A DNA stretch of 64,000 nucleotides from contig CM075990.1 in the NCBI GenBank assembly GCA_038087875.1, positions 16,742,001 to 16,806,000 of the forward strand. Reading direction: 5' to 3'. The DNA is from Malacoraja senta. Its lineage: Eukaryota. Numbering within the stretch: position 1 is the first letter of the stretch; each line of letters opens with the position of its first letter. The translations under genes and the position numbers were made by a program. The notes under the pieces are model-generated. The model had not been told where the DNA came from, did no database searches, and worked only from the letters and a program-made list of their open reading frames with translations. Shown piece by piece: positions 26,928-38,606 of this stretch.

Positions 26928-27218
26928 CACGGTGGCGCAGCGGCAGAGTTGCTGCCTTACAGCGAATGCAGCGCCGAAGACCCGTGTTCAATCCTGACTA
27001 CGGGTGCTGTCTGTACGGAGTTTGTACCTTCTCTCCGAGATCTTCCGTTTCCTCCCACACACCAAAGACGTACAGGTTTGTAGGTTAATTGGCTTGGTAA
27101 ATGTAAAAATTGTCCCTAGTGGGTGTAGGATAGTGTTAGTGTGCGGGGATCGCTGGTCGGCGCGGACCCGGTGGGCTGAAGGGCCTGTTTCTGCGCTGTA
27201 TTTCTAAACTAAACTAAA
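26928..27218 (+). mobile_element. HE1-type V-SINE
   Basis: Full head-body-tail. Confidence 0.8.
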
Positions 27219-28545
27219 CGACTATTGACGACTCTTGACTCTTCTATAGGAGAGTAGATTGCTTGCTCTCAACTGCAGAGAGAGTGGAATGGAACAGGGA
27301 TTGGATAAAGAGCTGATTCAGGTTTCTGTTATCGTCCATAGATTAAGTTACATAAAAGGTAATAAAAAGAGTGTTTATTTTGTAGACTTCTTAATGTAAT
27401 TGAACCAGCATCCCTTCGCCAGAATGAAACATATTACAACATTACATGGCGTCACTAGACTACAGGTGCTGGAATCATGAGTAAAACAAAATTCTGGAGG
27501 AACTCTACAGGTCAGGCAGCATCTGGGAGGAAATTGATAGAAAATGATACGTCTGAAAAAGGGTCTCGACCCGAAACTTTACCCATTCATTCTCTCCAGA
27601 GATGCTGCCTGTCCCGCTGAGTTACTCCAGCACTCTGTGTTCAATTTCAGTTTTAAATGTAGAATCTGACTATAGCTTGACAAGCTCGTGGTTTATGACC
27701 TGTAAAGAATGGGAACAGTTCCAGGAGCCACACGTAGAATGTTGTGCAGGTAGTTGAATGCACGACATTGAATCCCAGAACATAACAGTGGAAACTGCAC
27801 CAATTCTACTCGCAATAAAAACACTGTATCCTGCAGGAAATGCTAGGTTGAAGCCTGTTACAACAATACCCAGTCAAAGACAAGGCATGCAACAGGGATG
27901 GAATAAATACCTGCCATAAAAGAAAATCAACTTATGTAATTTGTTTTTTAGCTTTCAGCCATAGGCTTTATATGTAAGATAGGAACTGCTGATACTGGTT
28001 TACACTGAAGATAGATAGACACCAAATGCTGGAGTAACTCGGCATTTTAAAAAGCATCTCTGGAGAAAAGGAATAGGTGACGTTTCAGGTCATCTGATGA
28101 AGGGCCTCGACCCAAAATGTCACCTATTCCTTTTCTTCACAGATGATGCCCGACCCACTGAGTTACTCCAGCATTTTTGCCTATCACAGGCATTATATGT
28201 CAATGATGACACCTTATTTATGGTTGCAAAGATTTTTATGATCATGAAGATTTCCACTACCCCTGATGTGAATACCTGTGTCTAAGCAATAGCCCTGAAT
28301 GGCAAACCTAATTCTGTTATGCTCCAGCAGCCCCCTCCATCCTTCACTGGACTCCTCCGCCAACATCAATCGGCTCTGTGTTCTAGCACACGGTTGCTCT
28401 CTAGTGACAACCCAGTCATTCCTCCTTTCCCCCGCCCGTCTGGCAGAAGGTACAGAAGCTTGAATGCATGCTCCCCCAGTCTCAGGAACAGCGTCTTCCC
28501 CCCCCATCACCAAGCTTTGAACAATCCTCCCATAAGCTAGGGTGA

Positions 28546-28688
28546 GGGGGTGGGGAGATTGCAACCTTCACCTGGTCCGCCCTGTTTCGACGAATGCAAT
28601 CAACCTGGCGTGCACAATCAAGTAAGATCAAATAGAACAAGTTGCCCTACAACTTTAGGCTGTGCACGCCATACGCAAGAAGAAGAAG
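28546..28688 (+). mobile_element. Ribozyme-headed short retroposon family A, copy 3 (full length)
   Basis: HDV-like fold 28547-28601, (GAA)n tail, 12-bp TSD AAGCTAGGGYGA at 28534-28545 and 28689-28700. Confidence 0.85.
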
Positions 28689-28749
28689 AAGCTAGGGCGA
28701 TATCCGATTCACCTCCACCCACTGCGGGCATTGGGCTTTGTCGACGCAA

Positions 28750-28884
28750 CTTCTTCTTCTTTTCGTGTCCATCTTGTTACAAATGTTGGTCTCGCTGTCA
28801 TCGTCCGTCCTGAAAAGGACGCAAGCTTCCGCCAACAATCAGTGGAAGCCATCACTTGTCTCAGTAGATGATGGTGGTAGCAGA
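28750..28884 (-). mobile_element. Short retroposon family B, 5'-truncated copy
   Basis: Body and (GAA)n tail match 53343-53476; truncated within the 3' strand of ribozyme P2. Confidence 0.8.
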
Positions 28885-29589
28885 CTGATGCACTACAATG
28901 CTGGAAACTACCTTCTGTATCTTCACTACTGCTCCATCTGTTGTACTCGAGTCTGAACTGAGTCTGTGTCTGTGTACGGTACATTTGATTTGATTGGATA
29001 ACATGCAAAACAAAGCTTTCCACTGTACCTCAGCACACGTGACAATAATAAACGTAAAACCTAAATTGCCTTAGTGGGGATGGGAGCACAAGTCTCTGAA
29101 TGCTCCACGTGGAACTGTACCTTTCTGACGTTTAACATCAGTGACATTTGGGTAAGTTTTGATGCAGCTCCGATGAGGATAGCAATGAGTACACAGCCAC
29201 TGATGGGAGATATTCAGCCTAAAATCACACACGGCAAAATATCTGATTCCCAAATGCAAAGATGCAAACTTGAGCCCCAAAGTAAAAGGTTCCAAGCCTT
29301 GCTTTTAGTGCATTATTGTCTGTCTGTCAGAGAGCTAGATGAATGAAAGACTCACAAAGTCTTGCTCACTGGGCATAAACTGCTCCTCCGGAAACAATCA
29401 CAGAATCTTGACGTGCAGCCAATGTTGCAGGAAATGTGACAGCCAATTTCTACATAGAACAACAACGCCCCACCCCCCAACTCCACCCCACCCCACAAAA
29501 AAACAGAAGTGACAACAAGCAGACAGCTGGTTTGTTGAAAGTGGCGTCACAGATAGATGGGGTGTAACAATGGGGTGGTAACAGTATCC

Positions 29590-29958
29590 TAGCTTATGGA
29601 ACACTATCATCTCTAACTTCAAGTAACCCTTGCTTTCCCTCTCTCTCCTTCCCTCCCCCTTCCCAGTTCTCCGACCAGCTGACTGTCACCAACTACGTTT
29701 TACCTGTTTGTTTTGTTGTTACCTTCTCCCAATTAACAATGATCTATTCTACATTTTCCTTGAACTCCATCCCCTTTATCCTGTTTTCACGCCTGACATT
29801 TCCTTATCTATGTATCTCCCTCTCCCCTTGCATCAGTCTGAAGAAGGGTCTCGACCCGAAACATCACCCATTCCTTCTCTGCTGCCTGTCCCGCTGAGTT
29901 ACTCCAGCATTCTGTGTCTATCTTCGGTTTAAACCAGTACCTGCAGTTCCTTCCTACA
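29590..29958 (+). mobile_element. Penelope-like element 3' end
   Basis: TTATGGAAC..TCTCTAACTTCAAGTAA ORF end, pyrimidine-rich UTR, CTGAAGAAGGGTCTCGACCCGAAAC hammerhead core. Confidence 0.65.
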
Positions 29959-29959
29959 C

Positions 29960-30250
29960 ACTTATGGAAGGACCGTTCAGAAGCCTGATAACAGAGGGGA
30001 AGAAGCTGTTCCTGAGTCTGGTGGTGCTCGCTTTCAAGCTTCTGTACCTTCTGCCGGACGGGAGCGGGGAGAAGAAGGAATGACCGGGGTGGGACAAGTC
30101 TTTGGTTATGTTGCCTGCTTTTCCAAGGCAGCGTGAAGTATGGACGGAGTCAATGGTGGGGAGTGTGGTCTGTGTGATGGACTGGGCTACATCCACAACT
30201 CTCTGCAATGTCTTGCGGTCAGAGCTGCCCCCAAACCAAGCTGTGATGCA
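29960..30250 (-). mobile_element. Rex1/Babar-derived 3' fragment
   Basis: QRVVDVAQSIT..LPTIDS..SHPGHSFFSPLPSGRRYRSL..FFPSVIRLLN. Confidence 0.8.
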
Positions 30251-31367
30251 ACCTGTGTAAGAAAGAACTGCAGATGCTGGTTTAAATCGAAGGTCAACAC
30301 AAAATGCTGGAGCAACTCAGCGGGTGAGCCAGCATCTCTGGAGAGAAGGAATGGGCGATGTTTTGGGTCAAGACCCTTCTTCACACCTGACAGCGTGCAG
30401 ATGGGACTCTGGAGAAGGGTCTCCACCCGAAACGTCACCCATTCCTTCCATCCAGGGATGCTGCCTGGCCCGCTGAGTTACTCCAGCATTCTGTGTCTAT
30501 CTTCAGCATGCAGATGGGGGTCTGGCTTTAAGGTCTCATCTGAAAGAATACAGGGCTGTATTCCCTCCGCAAGATGTGCTCATTAAAGAGACGAGGGGGG
30601 AGATTAAAAACGCAGGCAGGGAGGACAGACAGGTGCAAGGCAACTGGAGAGAGGGCAAGATGAATTGCAATATCAATATGCAGCAAGCAGCGTGCAGTAA
30701 CAGGCTCGGGGCACCTGTACATTGCAGTATGGAGTTTGAGAAGCAGGTTTACCGAGTTGAGCTACCTTTCCACTGAAAACCAGAGAGTAACTAAAATGCC
30801 CCCACTTTAGACTCTCCCGCTTGACGAGTCATCTGCCGACATCTGTCGCAGACCACGGCATTGCGGCTGGTGTGGGGGAAAAAACCCAGTGGGGAATGTT
30901 AAAAGGTTGAGAACGCACACTGGACTTGTGAAGCGGATCTGCACTTATCCTGAAACGGCTGCAGAAATTACTTCCAGATGCTGAAACGCTCAGATGCATT
31001 GAACAGTGTTTTTGTTTGAAAACGAAAACGCTCTTTAAACAAACACGCCTGGCACAACAAAGTGGTCGATGTGAGCGACCCTGGGCACTGCTCTTGATAA
31101 AGCCGTGTTTAACCACGAGAGTTACTGAGTGTCCCCTAGCGCTGTCTTTTGATATTACCGCTGGAAAGAGGTGGGTGTGGGGAGGGGGGGGAGGACACAC
31201 ACACAAATAAATTTGCTCAAGACGAAGCGCCAGGAAGTCAGTCATTGCCTGCAGCACTTAGCTGCTGTCATCCAACAGAGTGCAGGCTTGACATTAACAC
31301 AGCATTCTCTGAGGAGGAGGAGGAGGAGGTGAAGACATGGCCAATCGCCCCACTTTATATGGGAGGG

Positions 31368-31373
<6 letters not shown>

Positions 31374-31417
<44 letters not shown>
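31374..31417. repeat. (GA)n microsatellite
   Basis: Direct observation. Confidence 0.95.
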
Positions 31418-31418
<1 letters not shown>

Positions 31419-31834
31419 ATTTCATTCAAGGCGGCGTTTCATTTGAAAATGGAAAAGAGCACTTCGGAATCAATGTTTAAGAAGGAACTGCAGATGCTGG
31501 AAAAATCGAAGGTAGACTAAATCGCTGGAGAAACTCAGCGGGTGCGGCAGCATCTATGGAGCGAAGGAAATAGGCAACGTTTCGTCCCGAAACGTTGCCT
31601 ATTTCCTTCGCTCCATAGATGCTGCCGCACCCGCTGAGTTTGTTTCTCCAGCAATTTTGTCTAACTTCGGAATCTATGTGTGTTCCTTCCCTTAAAGGGG
31701 CTTGAGAGACAATGGCGAGGGAACTGACTGCAAACGTGGCGCACACACACACACACACACAACACACACTGGAGTCTGCAAATGACATTTACAGCTCATG
31801 GCAGCGCCGGGCAAAATAGCAGGGAAAGACAGGA

Positions 31835-31844
31835 CTAAAAATAG
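31835..31844. promoter_or_regulatory. MEF2 consensus site in a repeat-poor part of CAMK2 intron 2
   Basis: CTAAAAATAG matches CTA(A/T)4TAG; function not shown. Confidence 0.35.
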
Positions 31845-32371
31845 CTGGCTGCGTCGCAGAAAGTGCGTGATTTAGATGTGATTCATCACCTGAGGCCGGG
31901 TGATTGGTGGTGGGGGGGGGGGGTCGGATAAGAAAGAGGCAAGGTGCATATCTTTGTTAATTTATTACACAGCAGAAGACAACCCTGCAGCTCTGGGGAT
32001 TTTTTTTCCCCCCTTTAAAGAAAAATGTTTCTCTTATTTCTTACACAGGCATACAAATAATTCACTGACCCCTCCCTCTCTGATGTGCTGCCGGCGCCTG
32101 CATTGCGGTTGCGGTGACCCCCCCCCCTCACCCTCACCCTCTCCCTCTCACCCAAACAACCAAAGCACTGACCTCTCCAACCCACCACCCCCACCCCACC
32201 ACCACACACACACTCAATAACCTAAAGACAAGAGCAAGCACTAATGCACCCGTGTTAACAGAGGACATCTATCTCTACCCTTTGGTTCTCTTGCAAGTAT
32301 CTAACAAACATGTGTTCTATATCTCTCTGTATCACCATCAATGTCTCTCGTTCCCCTCTCCCCTGACTCTC

Positions 32372-32406
32372 AGTCTGAAGAAGGGTCTCGACCCGAAACG
32401 TCACCC
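32372..32406 (+). ncRNA. Minimal type I hammerhead motif of Penelope terminal repeat (representative copy)
   Basis: CUGAAGA-A-GGGUCUCGACCC-GAAAC-GUC. Confidence 0.6.
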
Positions 32407-33261
32407 ATTCCTTCTCTCCAGAGATGCTGCCCGACCCGCTGAGTTACTCCAGCATTTTGTGTCTATCTTCGGTGTAAAACCGCATCTGCAGTTCCTTTCC
32501 TAAACAAAATCTTTACCTCAAGGTGACCAGAGGAACTGCAGATGCTGGAATCTTTCACCTGCCAGGATTTGTCCCACCAGCTTCTCTCTTTGCCAGCTTT
32601 CTCTCCCCCTCCCCTCCCCTCCCCCAGCTAAAGTCTGAAGAAGAGTCTCGACCCGAAACGTCACATATTCCTTCTCTCCAGAGATGCTGCCTGCCCCGCT
32701 GAGTTCCTCCAGCACCTTATATGTTGCTACTTAAACTATGCAACACCGCGTCTGCAAAAGGGAATGTTGTACCCACCAGCATTTTAATTGTAATTTAACC
32801 AACGCGTAAATATGACAGTTTCCCAACCCTTCGGCCAAGCGCTGGTGTTTATTTAGGAAGATGTCAAGAGAAGTCTGTCAGTTACATAATCCAGAGAGGG
32901 CACTCGGTACAAGACCCGGAGTTTAGTGCCGAAAGTTGGCTATGGTTCTAGCTACAAATGCACATCTTAATGAGTTGTAAGTGAACCCTCGGCGGGGAAA
33001 GTTGAGCCCAGAATGACATCCTAATATGACCAGTTCATTTGACAATAAATATGTACTTAGTTCCGGTCACCATTAATTCCTGCTGGCGCTTTAAATTATT
33101 TAAACGAGCTTTACTTCACGCAGTGTGTCGTTTTGTTCCGCCAGCAGCTCGGCTTGGCCCGGACATTGAAACAAAAACCTGTGGGTTTAACGCCACAGTG
33201 GAACTGCCTTCTTGATGCTAACGACTGCTTACCGACACGCAGAAAACAACTCCTCTCAATG

Positions 33262-33522
33262 CACACATACTCACACACACAAACACACACACAAACACAC
33301 ACTCACACTCACACTCACACACACTCACACTCTCACACGCACACTCACTCAAACACACTCACACGCACACTCAATCACATACGCACACTCAAACACGCAC
33401 TCACACACACGAACACACTCACACTCAAACACACACACTCACACTCATACACAAACACACACACTCATACACAAACATTCACACCGTCACACTCAAACAC
33501 ACACTCATACACACACACACTC
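33262..33522. repeat. Degenerate (CA)n/(CACT)n tract
   Basis: Direct observation. Confidence 0.9.
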
Positions 33523-34102
33523 GCTGGTGCGGGAGCCTTTTATTAACCATGAACTAATCCCAATTCCACTCTACCAGTGAACACCAAACAAACCTGTTTT
33601 TCAAAACACAACACATAAGGAAGGGCTTTATATAACGATGCGCCATCCTATTAGAAAGTTTTACAATTGCTGCTGTCTATACTGCTAAGTGTTGGGCACT
33701 GCATCAGCGCTTGTTCCCGCTGCACAATTTAACCCCCCGGCTGGTCCTAAACCTGTAATGCAGACCGGCGCTTAATGCAACACTGCCATAAATTAAAATA
33801 CCACGCAAAAGGCATCAGTAAAAACGCCGGGCAGACACATCTGTGGCATCTCCTTGGGGTGTCTGTGATCTCACACAGTCAGAGTGAGTGGATACAGATA
33901 ATGGATACAGAGATTGTTACCCCCCCCCACACACACACTTTGCAACATTGGCCCAAAGTCACTGCACCCAGAGCGACGCTGCCAGTTTCTGAGACCCCTG
34001 TCTCACTACTCCACCTTCCTGCCCTCGACCCAACTCCACCCCACCCTCCCTCCCTCCCTGCCCCACGCCCCTCAAACACACACACACACACACACAGGGT
34101 CA

Positions 34103-34243
<141 letters not shown>

Positions 34244-34354
34244 TTAGGTGGAGAGCTCAAGGGGGAAGGGAGGGGAGGGGGGGGAGGATTGGAAGCAAAA
34301 TAAGTGCGGGGCATTGGAGCGAGGGGGGACGGGGCGAGGGGTGAAGTGGCATAC

Positions 34355-34420
34355 TTTCCGAGCTCTGTCACATAACTGGTATTCCTCGCTAAACCGGGTA
34401 CACGTTGCGGTAGTGGCCAT
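34355..34420 (-). CDS. CAMK2: CaMKII exon 1 coding part (apparent +1 frameshift)
   Basis: caacATGG context; MATTATCTRFSEEYQL then ELGK in a shifted frame; GTATGC donor; 66 nt where phase with exon 2 requires 65. Confidence 0.9.
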
Positions 34421-34509
34421 GTTGAATGAAAAGCCTGGAATTGGCTAGCATGCACTCGCCTGTCAGATGCAGGGGAGGGTGGATGTGGAGCCGCTAACGC
34501 GAGATTACA

Positions 34510-34696
34510 AGAGAGAGACAGGAGGGAGAGGGAGAGGGGAGGAGGGAGAGGGAGAGGGGAGGAGGGGAGGAGGGGAGGAGGGGAGGAGGGGAGGAGGGAG
34601 GAGGGAGGAGGGGAGGAGGGAGGGAGAGGGGAGGAGGGAGGGAGAGAGAGAGAGGGAGAGGAGAGGAGGGAGATAGAGAGGAGAGATAGATAGGGA

Positions 34697-34727
<31 letters not shown>

Positions 34728-34769
34728 GGAGGGAGATAAATAGAGAGAGAGAGAGGAGGGGTGAGAGAG

Positions 34770-34855
<86 letters not shown>

Positions 34856-35003
34856 GGGGATAGAGAAGGAGAAAGAGGGAGGTGGGAGGGAGATAGAGGG
34901 GGGGAGAGGGAGGGAGGGAGAGATGAAGGAAGGAAGGAAGGAAGGAAGGAAGGAAGGAAGGAAGGAAGGAGGAAGGAAGGAAGGAAGGAAGGAAGGAAGA
35001 GAG
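34510..35003. repeat. Polypurine/polypyrimidine tract: (GGA)n, (GA)n, (GGAA)n
   Basis: ~490 nt almost entirely purine on +, immediately upstream of CAMK2 exon 1. Confidence 0.95.
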
Positions 35004-37994
35004 AGCTTCCAAATGCAGTGGATCTCAGCGCCGCCTGACACAACCCGCCAGCAAACTTACTTTAGTCCCTGAAAATCATCCTTAAAGCAAATGAAGAAGT
35101 ACATGAAGCATATTTAGCATGATAAAGGAGATGGTGGCAGAGGCAGATACAATGGTGACATTTAAGAGACGTTTGGATAGGTTGTTTACTGATAGGTCGG
35201 TAGTGTTTGTTATAGGTTGGGTACATTGATATGCAGGGAATGGTAGATGTGGGTCATATGCAAGTGGATTCATGTTCGGCACAGATATTGTGGGCCGAAT
35301 GGCCTGTTCCTGTGCTGTGCTTATGTTCCATGTTTAGAACCTTCCATTGTTCTATTTCGGGATTAAACTCTCGTTGCTGAAGTATATACATTTCCCAAAC
35401 ATATCACAAAGAATGCAATAGAGACAAACCAATTATGTCTTTGTAAGGTTTAAGAAGGAACTAAGGGTCTCGACCCGAAACGTCGCCTATTTCCTTCGGC
35501 TCCATGGATGCTGCCGCACCCGCTGAGTTTCTCCAGCATTTTTGTCTACCTTCTGTCTTTGCAAGGGATCACCTGGTATTAACGGGTGACGTTTCCGGTC
35601 GAGACCCTTCTTCAGTCTGAAGGTTCAAGGTTCAAGAGAGGTTGTTGTCATGTGTCCCAGATAGAATTTCACTGTCCTATCTGGGTCAAATGACAATAAA
35701 CTCTCTTGGGTAGACAAAAAGTGCTGGAGAAACTCAGCGGGTTTATGGAAGGAAATAGGCAACGTTTCGGGCCGAAACCCTTGGGTTTCGGCCCGAAACG
35801 TTGCCTATTTCCTTCGCTTCATAGATGCTGCCGCACCCGCTGAGTTTCTCCAGCACTTTTGTCTACCTTCGATTTAAACCAGCATCTGCAGTTCTTTCCT
35901 ACACCTGGCATTTAACGTATTGGTTGGGGAAATTTCAGCGGTGCTGGGGATACGTCTTATATCCCCTTATTTCTTAACTCTGGACTGCAGCCATCTATCA
36001 CAGAAAGAGGAAATGTCATGTTTCATTTGATGCTCTCCCTTCTATGGAGAAGACGGGTGAGAGGGGATACTGGAAACAGCCACCATTTCTGGGTGCCCCC
36101 CATGCATCAGTACTCTGTACTGGGTAACAGACTTCGATTTTCCAGCATCTGCAGTTCCTTCTTTAAGACTAGAGAGTGGTCCTGGCCTTCCATCTACCTC
36201 ATTGGAGACCCTCGGGTTATCCTTAATCAAACCTTACAGGACTACCTTGCACTAAACGCTATTCCCTTCATCCTGTATCTGCACACTGTGGACGGGTTGA
36301 TTGTAATCATGCATGTATGGTCTTCCCACAGATTGGATTGCATGCAACAAAAAAAGCTTTTCACTGTACATCAGTGTACGTGACAATCCTAAACTAAATT
36401 AAACCATAGTCTCATTGTCAATGGTTGCTGATTGGTGAAGTCAGGTTCAAGTGGCTGGTGCCGGTGAAATCATCTTTGATACTCCATTGAAGTTGAATTT
36501 AGAACATGAAACAGTAAAGCACAACAGGCCATTCGGCCCACAATGTCTGTGCCAACATGATGCCAAGACCAACTCTATCTGACTGCATGTGATCTATATC
36601 CCTTCATTCCCTGCACATCCATGTGCTCTTATCCATCACTGCCTCTCCACCACTCCAGGCAGCACATTCCAGGCACTCACCCTCTGTGTAAATAAAACTT
36701 GCCCCTCACAGTTCGGCACGGACTTGAAGGGCCGAGATGGCCTGTTTCCGTGCTGTATTGGTTATATGGTTATCTCCTTTATACGTTGCCCCCTTCACAT
36801 TAAAGCTATGCTGTGTAGTATTTGACATTTCCATCCAGAGAAACCCTATCTATGCCTCTCATCATTTTATATACTTCCATCAGGTCTCCCCTCAAACCCC
36901 TCTGTTCCAGAGAAAACGGGTGCTGTCTGTATGGAGTTTGTACGTTCTCCCCGTGACCTGCATGGGTTTTAGCCAAGATCTTCGGTTTTCTCCCACACTC
37001 CAAAGACGTACAGGTTTGTAGGCTAATTGGCTTGGTATAAGTGCAAAAGTGTGTGTAGGATAGTGTTAATGTGCGAGGATCTCCGTTCAGTGCGGACTCG
37101 GTGGGCCGAAGGGCCTGTTTCCGCACTGTATCGCTAAACTAAACAGAACTAAATTAAACTAAAAAGTTAGTGGTTCTCGTCCACCGAGAATTCCATGAAG
37201 AAGTGTCCCGACCCGAAACGTGGCTTATCCATGTTCAGCAGAAATGCTGCCTGACCCGCTGAGTTACGCCAGCATTTTGTGTCATCCTTTGAATGTCACC
37301 ATTGTTCTACAAGAAAGATGACATGCAGGGTTTGTTTTTGATGAGGTAAGTAGCCTTAAGCAGTCTTTTCATGGGGTCCCTGGTTGGAAACTGCCTCTGT
37401 AGGTGAAGCCACACGGCACATCTTACAACAGACATTATTTCAAACACACTGGCAGGGAACAAGTTCTCTAAAACCATTTTTTTAAAACAATCTCACTCTC
37501 TGCGTATAATTGGTATCAGAGTGCACATTTTACAGGCATTTCATGGCACTAATTACCCGTTATTATCTCAAAGAAACCCTGAAGTAATGAAAAGACTCCT
37601 GTGGAATTATGCATCACACTATCAGGACACTGTGTGGAATGAGAGATGATGGGCATGGAATTACATAAAAGTTACAGCACATTAACAGGCCACTCAGTCC
37701 ACCTGGATCTTCCCAGAATTTATCCTCCACATCAACGTCTTCCACATCCCAACTGTATCCCACTTATCCTGCCCTCCTCAATTCCAGGTTTCTCCCACTC
37801 CCTACAATTGGACTGAAGAAGGGTCCTGAACTGAAACATTACCGATCAACATTCTCCCGAGATGCCCCCTGACCCGCTGAGTTACTCCCGCATCTGCAGT
37901 TCCTTGTTAAGTACAAATCCCCCTCTATACCTTTCTCTTTCATGCATTCATTTAGCTTCAGCTTCCAATGTATCTGGATTATGAATTGGATTAT

Positions 37995-38260
37995 CGGGAT
38001 GCATGGTTTGGGAACAGCTCCATCCAAGACCGCAAGAAATTGCAGAGAGTTGTGGACGTAGCCCAGACCATCACACAAACCAACCTCCCTTCCAATGACT
38101 CCGTCTACACTTCACGCTGCCTTGGCAAGGCCAGCAGCATAATCGAGGACCAGTCTCACCCTCTCCCGGTCACTCCCTCTTCTCCCCTCTCCCACCAGGC
38201 AAGAGGTACAGACGTTTGAAAACGCACACCTCCAGGATTCAGTGGCAGTTTCTTCCCAGC
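37995..38260 (+). mobile_element. Rex1/Babar-derived fragment
   Basis: AWFGNSSIQDRKKLQRVVDVAQTIT..LPS. Confidence 0.75.
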
Positions 38261-38406
38261 AGACGTGTCAGGTGAAGCCTCCAATCAACACCACAAACAA
38301 CATGGGGCTGCTGGAAAACGCCGCACTCTGGAGTAAACTGAGGCCAAAGCCAAACGAGACACAGCCTGGGTCCGAATAGTGGTTTATTGGACCAATTCAC
38401 CTGCAT

Positions 38407-38606
38407 NNNNNNNNNNNNNNNNNNNNNNNNNNNNNNNNNNNNNNNNNNNNNNNNNNNNNNNNNNNNNNNNNNNNNNNNNNNNNNNNNNNNNNNNNNNNNN
38501 NNNNNNNNNNNNNNNNNNNNNNNNNNNNNNNNNNNNNNNNNNNNNNNNNNNNNNNNNNNNNNNNNNNNNNNNNNNNNNNNNNNNNNNNNNNNNNNNNNNN
38601 NNNNNN
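38407..38606. other. Assembly gap (200 N)
   Basis: Run of N. Confidence 1.

Noticed and set aside
31280..31330. AGCATTCTCTGAGGAG resembling CAMK2 exon 4 (SISEEG)
   Set aside because: Flanking codons and splice sites do not match; it runs into a GAG repeat
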